A DNA stretch of 64,000 nucleotides from Leucoraja ocellata (Eukaryota). A model generated the notes under the pieces. It did no database searches. It was not told the origin of the DNA and was given only the letters and a program-made list of their open reading frames with translations. The stretch's first letter is position 1; every line of letters starts with the position of its first letter. The DNA lies in NCBI GenBank assembly GCA_036785375.1, contig JAWMAR010000058.1:7502001-7566000 (forward strand). Direction: 5' to 3'. Positions 38,401 to 50,400 of the stretch are shown piece by piece. Both the position numbers and the translations under genes were made by a program.

Positions 38401-41400
38401 CAGTTCCTTCCTACATATTCATGATATTCTGTTGCTGAGTTAGCTTGTCTTGAGAAGGATCATATATTTGATGCTGTGATTTTAATAGCCACAGCATGTC
38501 CTACAGTGAGGTTTTCCACTATAGTCGTTAGCGTTGAATCTGCAGCAACCAAGTACTACATATCATTCTACAGGAAGGATATAATAGCACTAGAGAGATC
38601 GCAGAGGAAGTTTATGAAAATAATACCAAAGTTAGAGAATTATAATCAGGGAGAGCTGGCACGGCTTGAGCTTTTTCAGGCATAAAGGAGGCAATGTGGA
38701 GATTTAATCGAGATGCATCATCCTGTGCAGCCTAGTCATGATGACCAAGAAGGACCTATTTTAACTATCAGGGTAGATAATAATTGAAATGATGGTGGAA
38801 GGAATAGTGGGGGAAGGCGGTTGAGGAGGTTTTTCACCCATAAAATGCTTGTTGGTTGTTAGCTAGAAAGCCATACAGCACGAAAGCAGGCTCTTCGGCC
38901 CAACTGATCCAAGTTCTGAAACGCAAGTCCCACTTGCCTGCATTTAACTGAGTCTTGAACTCGGTGCTTGATGTGGAAACCTGCACATTTAAAAATCAGG
39001 TGAATGACTATCTAATGTGTTGTAATTTATCGAAGTATAGATGAGGAGCTGGGAAATTGAATTGGCCAAAATAGCACTTTTTGTTTTCCTGACATGGACA
39101 TAATGGCCTCTGGTGCGATAGATTTTTATGATTGTGTAAATACCAAACAGCAAGATCCCACAAATAGCAATGATTGGATACCTATTGCTGTGTTGTTTGA
39201 GACTTGAGTATTGGGAACTGCCTTCATTTTCTTTAACAGTGGTCAGTGGTGGAACCTATAGGCCTTTTATAGTGGTTTATGAGCTACCTTTACGAGTATA
39301 CAAGTTGATCGTACTGGTGCACAACTGAACAAAGTGGGGAAAGCAAGATATCCTTCCTTAAAGGACATTAGGAACCAATAGGTAGACAAAAGGTCTGGAG
39401 AAACTCAGTGGGTGCAGCAGCATCTATGGAGCGAAGGAAATGGGCAACGTTTCAGGCCGAAACCCTTCTTCAGACTAATGGAGGGTTGGGGGGGGGGGAA
39501 GAGAAGAAAGGGAAAAGGAAGAGGAGGAGCCTGAGGGCTGAGGGAGAGCTAGGAAGGGGAGGAGACAGCAAGGGCTATGGGAAATAGGAGAATTCAATGT
39601 TTATGCTACAAGGGTGCAGACTGCCTAAGTGGAATATGATGTGCTGTTCCTCCAATTTCCGGTGGTGCTCACTCTGGCCATGGAGGAGGCCCAGGACAGA
39701 GAGGTCAGATACGGAATGGGAGGGAGAGTTGAAGTGCTGAGCCACCGGGAGGTCAGGCTGGTTAATGCGGACTGAGTGGAGGTGTTCGGCGAAACGATCG
39801 TCAAGCCTCCGCTTGGTCTCACCGATGTAGATCAGCTGGCATCTAGAGCAGCGGAAGCAATATATGAGGTTGGAGGAGATGCAGGTGAACCTCTGTCTGA
39901 ATATTTTTAATGACTCCGTATCTTCAACTCTCTGGGGCAGAGAATTTCGAAGACTCATATCCCTTAAAGAGAAGACATTTTTATTCATGTCAGTCATAGA
40001 TGGTCAAACCTTTTTCTAGAGATCATACCTTCAGGTTTACAATCCCCTACCAGAGCTTGATTGTGAGATAAAGGTTTAAATGTTCAATATTTAACTGTGT
40101 GGGGACAGGTTTGTGCATGTGTGAGGTAATCCAAAACTGCAAAGATCAGGATGAATGAAAATTACATTTATCAATAAAATCAAAGAATGTTGTATGGAAT
40201 ACTAAGTACCTGGAAGTACCTAAGTACCTGGATACCTTATCCTACGGGTTAGTAGTGCAAAGGGCATTTTCTTTGTTTTTGTGGACATCTGTTCTGTTCA
40301 AGATCATCACTAAATTTCTCTCAATCTCACAGTATTGAAGGGGTTAATTGAGATGCGGTCTCCCTACCTGGAGGAACTGTTGACACTTGTGCTCACTACC
40401 AGCCCAGAAGTGGCCACGCAGCAGACAACCATGGATCCAGTAGCTCTAATAACCACACTTCTTCATCAGGAAGGAGAAGACTCGGTGGTAAAGATGGAGG
40501 TCGATGGCGACAGGTATTTTTGGGGTATCATTGGGGGATTTTTCGTGAAAGGTCGTTGTGAGGAGGTTATGCCCAAATAACCTGTGCAGTAAATTAATCT
40601 GAGGGTGTATAATGAGCAATCATTGGGACTGAGCGATGACAGTAGACACCATAAGGAATGGAAGTATGGAGCATATTACTGTCCAAAATGTCAAGTAAAC
40701 TGGCAGCTAGGTAATGACTGTCACAAGTAGCATACCTACCCAGTATCCTGATCAGGTAATGGTTTGCATTTGAGGTTCTGGTTTGCATTTGAGGTTCTGA
40801 TATCCACAACAGTGACTCCAGTAGTCTTAATAAGCTGTCAATGATGTGTGACCCTCATGTCAGCAGACTGCTCCTTGGGCTATTTGCACTATGATTAAAA
40901 AATCATCTCAGATTCATGAAATGAAAGTACGTCTCTCCTGTCCCTTACCACGCCACAGAATCCTTTGACCTGAGGAAGATCAGATGAGAAGCTTAGACAC
41001 TAAATGCTGGAGTAACTCAGCTGTTTAGGCAACATCACTGGAGAAAAGGAATAGGTGACGTTTTGGGTCGAGACCTCTGATGAAGGGTCTCGTTCCAAAA
41101 TGTAACTCTAGCATTTTTTGTCTATCGTCGGTGTAAACCAGAATCTGCAGTTCCTTGTTACACAGATGAGAAGCTTGTTGAATATCTAATTTTGAGTAGA
41201 AGGCCCCCAGTCTTGAGGTTCAGGAGCAGTAGTATTTAACACTGGAAGTGCACTGGAGGTATATGAAGCGTGGAAACTCATGAGAACATACGACCATCTA
41301 ACCATCATCTGCAGTTCTTTCCTAAAAAATATGAATGATGAAGTTCCATGGCAATTATTAACTTCCTTGTATTCCTGGATTTACAAAACAGCTCAAGAAT

Positions 41401-44400
41401 GTTGATAAAATAACTAAGCATTTTAAATACCAACATAATTAAATGAAATAATAAAACAGCATTTTTATTAACAATCAAACCTTAAATTAAAATAACAGGA
41501 GCATACATGTATTTCTTTTCAATATTGTGACCTAATAAAATATACAAGATCCTGACGGGTCTTGATAGGTTTTTACATCCTCCTGTAGGAAAATCTAGAA
41601 CTTGGGGGGGTCATTGCAGGGGCTAACCCATTTAAGACTAAAATGAGGTGAAATATTGTTACTTATAGGGCCATCAATCTTTGAATATTCTTCCTCAGTA
41701 GCTGAACTAGAATCTATGAGGCAGATTCTTGATAAATAAGAGGGTGAAAGATTAAATGCTGGATCAAGCTTGAGGTGGCCCACTGCTAATTCATGATGGC
41801 TTTGCAGGGTTGGGTGAGGTAAGGAGAAGGCAGAGTTGTCATTGGTGTTTGAATGATAGTGATATCATACTGGTAAATTTGAGCTGCTTGAGCTTTGCGA
41901 CGTTGACAGCGGAAGTTCTTTCTGTGACTGTACCTGGATGTTGAGCGTTTGACGGCTCTGGGCCTGTAGTCGCTTGAGTTTAGAAGAATGAGGGGGGACC
42001 TCATTGAAACGTACAGAATAGTGAAAGGCTTGGATAGAGTGGATGTGGAGACGATGTTTCCATTAATGGGAGAGTCTAGGTCTAGAGGTCTTAAGTTCAG
42101 AATTAAAGGATGTTCTTTTGAGAAGGAGATGAGGAGAATTTCTTTAGTCTGAGGGTGGTGAATCTGTCTATGCCACAGAAAGCTGTGGAGGCCGTGGTGG
42201 ATATTTTTAAGGCCGAGATAGATAGATTCTTGATTAGCACCTGTGACAGAGGTTATGGGGAGAAGGCAGAAGAATGGGGTTAGGATAGATCAGCCATGAT
42301 TGAATGACTGAGTAGACGACGGGCCGAATGGCCTAATTCTGCTCCTATCACTCATGATCTTATGATTGCTTAGAAAAAAGGCTTAAAAGGCCTTAATGAT
42401 ATCTAGATAGCTCCCTTTATATCTGGTTAAAAACCCTTCTAGCAAAGCTAGAAGTATAGCATAGTATTTCCTACCATGTGGTCATATCTAATGCTGTGCT
42501 TCACAGAGGGGTTGTTTTCCTTGGGACTGGCCATTGCTCTCTTGAGGTAGTTGAACGCCTTTTCATAATGAGTCGCTGTGGCGGTACAGTGCCAATGGAA
42601 ACTTGATCTTTTTGTGTTCTCTGTTGCTCAGGCTGTAACAAATCCTTTGTTTGTATCCTGGTGTACTTCATCAACCCAGCCTAAATTGGACATTATTTTC
42701 TAAGAGATTTTTAAGATTTGTAAAACCCATTGGAGCAATGCACACATTCAACCAGTAATTTATTCCATGCACAATTCATTATTGCATGTGTTACATCATC
42801 TCATATTTTCTATTGGTAGCAACCAAAGGGGAGGGATATAGAGCAGAAAATTGGCAAAGTTGTTAGAGAAAAATATGGTATACATTTCTAAAGGTGAGAA
42901 ACCAAAGAGAAATAGGTATTTTTGTACACGGTGTTGTTGCATGGTTGAAGAAAACATTTTACTGGATATTATAAATATAGGCAAAGGTTATAAAAGTGAG
43001 GGGTTTGACTCGCTGTGAAACTCTGATTTGACATAATTAGATTATTCAGTGCAATTCTCGTCTCTATATTGTAAAAAGATGTAACTGCCCAAGAGAAAGA
43101 GTGCAGAAAAGATTGATAAGTGTGATACCAGGTACGGGAGATTCAGCTAAGTGGATAAATTGAAGAAGTTGAGATTATTTTCCTGAGAGCAGAGAAAGTT
43201 GAGAAGTTGTTAAAATCAAAAAAAATTTAGACAAAATGAATAAGGAAGATTGTTTTTCTATTGCTGCAAGGGTTGAGAATTAGCAGACTTAAATTTAAGG
43301 TGATTGATAAAAAGAGCCAACGGGTGACAGGAATAAAAGGTTTTTTATGCAGTCACTGATCTGGAATTCACTGCCTGCAGGATGGTGAAAGTAGACGATT
43401 ATTTCTTTCAAAGGGAAATTGCATTGATATTTGAAGGAAGAAAAAAAAGGCAAGAGGCGGAGCAAGGGATTGGGACTGACTCGATTGCAGTTACAGAGGA
43501 CTGTTGCAGGCTTTCTTGGTTGACTGGCCTTTTTCCATGCTGTGATGATTCTAGATGTAGCAGTCTCTTAGTTCCTTTACATATTATCACCATCTCTGTT
43601 TTTCTCCTGGTTGCTGAAGTGTGGAGCAGCTGAAGCCTGTTTCAGCATCTGGGCTCCTTATTGACTGGTCTGAGCTGCTGGATCCTGAAGTAATTTCCCA
43701 ATGCCCTGACCAACAACAGAGGCTCCTGTTTGCTGACCCAAAGGTAAGGATTATTTAAACACCTCAAAACTTCAAGTGAATACTGCATGTGTCCAGAGTT
43801 TGAAGTGGGGGAAGTAGCTTTTATCTTTGTTAGCCGGTGAAGGTTTGAATGTCAATTGGGATTTTTGCATCTTGGCTACAAGAGCATGTGGTCAACACAT
43901 TTGTTTTGGAGATTTTCCTGTTGCTTCAAACTACCGAGTATGCAACATAGTAAATTGAGTCAGATTCCACAGTAAAATTATAGATATAACCTGCTCTAAA
44001 AACAGCAACTGAATAAACTTGTTCACTATGAAGTAGTTCTGAGAGATGTGATAAGCTGTTGTGTTTATTTCAATACTTGGGGGAATGTGGGCAGCATTTA
44101 TTGCCATTGAGAAGGTACTGATGAGCTGCTGTGTTGAACCCCAACATACATATGGTAAACGTGCTCCCTGGTGTACAACATTAATTGATAACGCTGATTG
44201 ACATACTTACTATTTCACAGTGCACTTAAGAGTCAACAATCTTGCTGTAGGTCTGAGAGTCACATAGGCCATTCTGCATAAGGACTGCGTCTTTCTATTA
44301 CTGAAGATATAGCTGAACCAGATGGTTCTTTGCAACAGTCCACTGGCTTCATGCCCTCTTCACTAATTCAATACCGATTAATTAATAAATTTATGTTTCC

Positions 44401-47400
44401 TATCTGCCGTTATGGGATTTGAACTTGTCTCTATGGATGTTAGCCCAATTTGTAAATTGCTGGGCCAGTAGCATGATGATTGTGGTTGCCAAAGCCCTGT
44501 CTTTTCTCTGTAAGAGCCGAAATAGAAAGACCAGCGTTTATTTCGGAAGTAAGTGCAGTTTTGATTTAATAGGCATACATTAAAAAAATAGTTCCTCTGA
44601 TGGGGAAATTCGTGTATAAAGGACGCAAGCCTAAAATTAGTGGATGACCATTTAATAGGGTAATCAAAAAACACTTGTTTGCTGTCAGGGAGAAATACTG
44701 TGGAATTCTGTCTCCCTGGAGCCTGGGGATTCTGGGGACAGACGGAAATTTTAAGGCTGAATCATTTCTAAGATAAGAGTATTAAAAGATTCACGGTGAC
44801 CATGATGCAATTAAATGGTGAAACAGCTTTGGGAGGATAAATGGTCCTTTCTGTTTATTTTTGTATTTCAAAATATCTATGTCAATTTGTGTATCTTTAT
44901 CTTTTGAAAAAGCTAATAGAATAGGGATCAATGTGTAAATCAGTACGTTTAAAATTCTGATCTTGTTCGGTAGTGGTTTGGATGGATTGTCTTTGATTCT
45001 TGTGTTAATCAGACGGTTCTTATATCCAGATTGCAGGTCAGCAAAGAATGCAGCTGCTTTCATTCCGACCCTGTCTTCTGGCGGTTCTCACTCACCAGTC
45101 AAACTGGACGACACTGCATCGGTGCATCGGCATACTGTTGAGTAACCAAGGGGGGCTCAGGTGAGTTGCAAACCAACAGCACAGGCTACAAATATAAGGC
45201 AACTTGCTCACGAACATTTCAAGCAGTTACAAAGGAAGTCTTGTCTAGGGAAGAACTGCAGATGCTTGTTTATACCAAAGATAGATACATAATGATGGCG
45301 TAACTCAGCGGGTCAGGCAGCATCTCTGGAGAAAAGGAATAGGTGACATTTTGGATCGGAACCCATCTTTAGACTGAAAGATAGAGAAGGCCAGAACAAA
45401 ACAGAAGACCTCGGGAAGGGTGGAATCTATAATGCCCCATTGTTGCATGGGGAAGATGTGCGAACAACAGGGAAACAAGGATGCAAACAGTGGAACTATT
45501 AGGAAGACTTGGGTTGGGGACATACATATCTGCACTGTAGCTTCTCATGGCTGTGCTCTTTACCAAACTACCTTCTGCTGCTATGCTAATGACCTTTCTA
45601 TCCTAAAGTTAGGAATGTTAAAGAGGTTGTTGATCTGTTTACACTATGTTCAGTTCAATTTGCATGTAGCAAGCACAATTTATGACACAAAAGTGCCATG
45701 CAATAACCAACACGTGGAAATCCTCTTATCTCTTCCAGAACAGGGTCTTCCACTCTCTTTGGGTCTGGTATTCATGATCTATTTCCTTTATTTTATTTGT
45801 AGGCTTGACCCTCCTGCAGCCCTGGATTTTCTTTGGGCCTGTACACGCATTCCTCGGATCTGGCAAGGACGTGACCAAAGAACTCCGCAGGTAGGATTGC
45901 AAATCAGTTGGCAAAGTGGAACTACCAGTTGTTGAGTCATTGAGAGAATGAAAATGTAAGACGCTTGGTTCTCTGAAGCATAAATTTACTTGAATATCCG
46001 GATAAGTGGACATTATCTGAAGCCTAAGATTTTAGAAATAGCCACCAGGCACTTTGTGTCCGTTCCACATTCTCCAAATACATGGCTGATCTTCTGCCTT
46101 GGTGCTGTTTTCTGTCATGATCCCCACCATAGCACCTTCTGATCTCGGTTTTGGATGAATTCAGTGACTGAACCCCCACAATTTTCTGGGCTAGAGAATT
46201 CCAGAGATTCACCAAATGCTGATTGAAAAACGTTCACCTCCTTTTGATAGAATGCAGGCCACACACAGAATTCAGGCCCAAATGTGGTCCCTTTCCTTTG
46301 AAGGAATGTAACATTGGAGACGGTCTAAACGAAATTCATCGAGATAATTCCTGGGATTAGAGGATTGTTCCATTAAGAGAGGCAAAACTGGTTTGGTCTG
46401 GAATCTTTGGAGTTAAGAGGAATGAAGGATGACCTTATTCAAGTGTGTAATGGATCGAAAGGGGCATGACAGCAGAGATGCTGAGATGTTTGCACTATTG
46501 GGAGAGCCTTGAAAGTGGGGACATAGATAAGGTAAGGGGCCAGTCATTTAATACTGAGGTATGTAGAAATTTCTATTTTCAAAGGTTGGCGAATCTCAGA
46601 CAGACAGAAATGGAAGCTGGATGATTCAAAGTGTTTAACATGGAGGTCAATATTTTATTGATTGAGAGGGTTGTGGGGATCAAGCACAGAAGCGGAGATG
46701 AGGTCTGGGGTTGATCAGCTGTGATCACAAGAAGTCAGGAGGTGCTGCATACTCCTGCCCTGGTTTTCGTGTGTTCATGTTCCTGATTTGCATTTCCTTG
46801 CTTTTGTACAACTTGATCTTGACTCAGCCCTCAGTGAAATCAAATCTGCAACTCCCTGTTTCCTTGCAAAGTTGCAGGGGTATTTGAAATCCAGCAGAAA
46901 TAGTGCAACATCTGCAACAGTTGCCTGCAGGAGCAGAGAATGAACATGACAGTGATGTAGAGTGTAAAGATTAGTCATTCAGCCTCTATGCTGCCTGGTG
47001 ATATCACAGCTTCTTTATCCAAACACCTTCCAACTATATAGGGCATCCTTAAGAACACATCCACCAAAAATCTAATCAGACATCATCTAGTGTGCCGCAC
47101 GCTTTATTTCAGTTAAGATACAAATTACTTAACTAAATGATAGAACATGATTCTTGTAGTGTGTTGGTAATTCCTGCCCTCTGGTCGGTGACTGTGCATG
47201 AATCCAACTGATTCAATGCTGCTGAATAAAGACTTTGTGTGTTAATATTCCTGAGTGCCTTAACCCATCAGAACTCTAAATAACAATGCAGGTTATCGAA
47301 AACTGCAAATAATTAGCTGGAGTAGTAGAACTGAAAAGAGAAGGTTAAATTTGAAAGTCTAATAGTGCGAATGTTGGAAGTCTGAAATAAAAAGAGAAAG

Positions 47401-50400
47401 TACTGGAAACATTCAGTAGCTCAGGCGGCATCTTGAAAAGAGAAATTGAGTTAATGTTTCAGGTTGCAGACTCCTTTGGGTTTTGCCTGGAGTGTTTCCA
47501 GCAATTTCTGTTCTTACCTCCGTATCGAAACCTGCAGCCATTGAAGTACGAAGTGTAATGTGGGCAGTGTGTGAGTCAGTTTGCAATCACCAGGCTCGCA
47601 CTATCAACTCTGCCCTTGATGGTCAACTGGCAATGCATCACGGTTGGGATTGAGACGGTAGCTACCGAGAGTGTCCTTTGCCTTTGTAGAAACACACTAA
47701 GGAGTATGTCCTGTGTTTGAAGAAGAGTGAGCTCATCAGCCTGGTGGACATCATTCTTTTGGAGTCTGAAGCCAAGGTCCACGTTGGGACTCCCATCAAG
47801 AAACCCTCTGAGGACGTCACTGGCACCCTCATCCGATCTCGAATTCCCTTGTTGCTCAGCTGCTGCCATGGCAATTTGGATAACATCAAGAAAGTGACAG
47901 AGTATCTGATCAGTTGCATCAAGCAAGGGGGTGAAAGGTAAACAAAACAAAAGCATTTATTCATGTTTTGTCTTGGGGTGCACAGAAATTAACGCCCCAT
48001 TTGCTAGATAAGGGCGGCATGGTGGCGCAGCGGGAGAGTTGCCGGCTTACAAGGCCAGAGACCTGGGTTCGATCCTGACCACGGGTGCTGTCTGTATGGA
48101 GTTTGTACGTTCTCCCATTGACCGGCATGGGTTTTCTCTGAGATCTTTGGTTTCCTCCCACACTCTAAAGACGTACAGGTTTGTAGGTTAATTGGCTTGG
48201 TATAAAAATGTAAATTATCCCTTGTGTGTGTCGGATAGTGTTGGTGTGCGGGGATCGCTGGTCAGGGCGGACTTAGTGGGTCGGAAGCCAAACTTTAGTT
48301 TAGACCATTTATCAGGAGCAATGTACTAACTACTAGAATGGTTTTGTTTTATTTTATTGATATACAATGTGAAAAGACATAAAATGTGGATCTGAATGCA
48401 CAAAGCTTAGTGTTCTATGTAGTAAGAATAAATATTTTGTAATTTCCTAGATGCTAGGCAGATACTGAGGGCACAGGAAACTGGATGCTGGAATCTTGAG
48501 CAAACAAGAACGTTTCCTTCTTCTTTTCTCTCCTGCTTTCTCATTCTTTTTCTCTCGCTCTTTCTCTTGTCTTCCTGGCTGAAACTGCCGTATATTAAGG
48601 AGGAGGGTGATGGACTGATCCAAAAACAGCTAATTGGACACCGCTCTTGTTCCTTTGGTTGTGGCCTCAGCTCAGTCCACAACACCGTCCAGGGTACTAG
48701 GTGTGTTCTGGCAGCCAGGCACTGTCCACTGTGTTGGTATTCCGCTCATCCTGGCCTGTCTGCTGTTAGCAAGCATCAGAGCGCCACACAAGGGAAGAGA
48801 TGACACCACAATACATATAAAATCTCTTTGGATTCTCCTTAATGTTAACTGCCAGTGAGATCTCATGCCCCATTTTTGCTCTCTTAATTTTCTTCTTATG
48901 TGTACTCCTCAATCTCCTGTACTCCAGAGATGCATTTGATGCCAGCTGCCTATTCCCGACTCATGCCTCCTTTTTCTTAACCAGAGCCTCAATGTCTCTC
49001 ATCATCCAAGGTTCCTTGCCCTTGTCCTTCACTATTGCAGGACCACCCATACCTTGAACTCTCGCCATCACACTGTTAAAAGCTTCCCATTTTACGAAAA
49101 GTCCCTTTGCCCGCAAACAACTATTGCAATTTCCCGTCTTATATAAAGTTGGCCTTGGCCAGTTTAGAACTTTAACATAGACCAGGCTTCTCCATTTTCC
49201 ATAACTATTTATTTACTGCTTATAGAAATGTGGTCGCTGGTCCCAAATGTCTTGCCCACTAGTACATCACTCACTTGCCAATTCCCTAAAAGTAGGTCAA
49301 GCTTTGCCCTTCCCTTGGAGGGCCCTCTCTCTACATGTTGCCCGAGATAAAATTCCTGAACACACTTGACAAATTCCACCCCATCTAAGACCTTGACACT
49401 ATGGCAATCCCAGTCTAAATTGGAAAAGATGAAATCCCCTACTATGACAACCTCATTAATATTGCAACTGTCTGCAATCTTCCAGCATATTTGTTCCTCT
49501 CGATCCTGTTGACTATTTGGGGGCCTATAGTACAATCCCAACAAAGGTGCTCACCCCCTTTCTATTTCTCATTTCCACACATCTTGCCTCAGTGGGTGAT
49601 CTTTCTGTAATGTTATCTTGGACTACAGGTGGTTTATTCTCCTTAAAGAGTGCAGCAGGACATCCTCCTCTGTTATGCCCACCTCTACCTTGCATACTAC
49701 ACATGGACCCTAGAACATTAAGCTGTCAGTGCTGTCCCTTAATTAGGTTTTTGTAATAACTATAACGTCCCAATCCCACAATCCCATCCCTGCCCTAAGT
49801 TAATTGGATTTACATGTCAGGCATCTTATATTGAAATAAATGCAATTTAATCCAACTGCTGTTCCTTGCTCTCTGCTGCGCTTCTCCCTATCATGTCCAT
49901 TGAACTTGCTGTCAATGATATTTGTACCAACATCCAGTCACTCACCTTTCTCACAACTGCATTTCATCCTGTCCTCTGGCTGTCCTTAGTTTAGACCCTG
50001 TTGAGTAGCGATAGCAATCATTCTTGTTTCTGGGATTACTGCAGACTGGAATCTGACGTCTATTATTTAGAAATCCCAGTGGTTCAACATTTGACTTGCC
50101 GGTGATGTTTCGTGTACTCCCTTCAAATTTATCAGGACTGCCATTTCCATGCTCGTGTTAAGTACACGGGAGCCCAGTTTCCCACCATTTCTTTAAGCAC
50201 AGTGTCCCGTTTCCTTTGCTCCTTTGAAAAGTCACTAAGGCTGTCTTTCCAACGCCCTTCCAAGTCACTCAGCTCAGTGGCAAATTTAATAGCATCTTTT
50301 TGTGAATTAAAAGTCTATTGGAGTATTAACAGGAATAACCTATAACAGTGCAGAATATCTGCCAGTACGGCACCACCAATGTGCCTAATTAATTGAGTTT

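Noticed and set aside
48012-48090. tRNA-like A/B boxes (also near 24966, 28962, 54844, 55600)
   Set aside because: SINE heads followed by SINE bodies; no complete cloverleaf.
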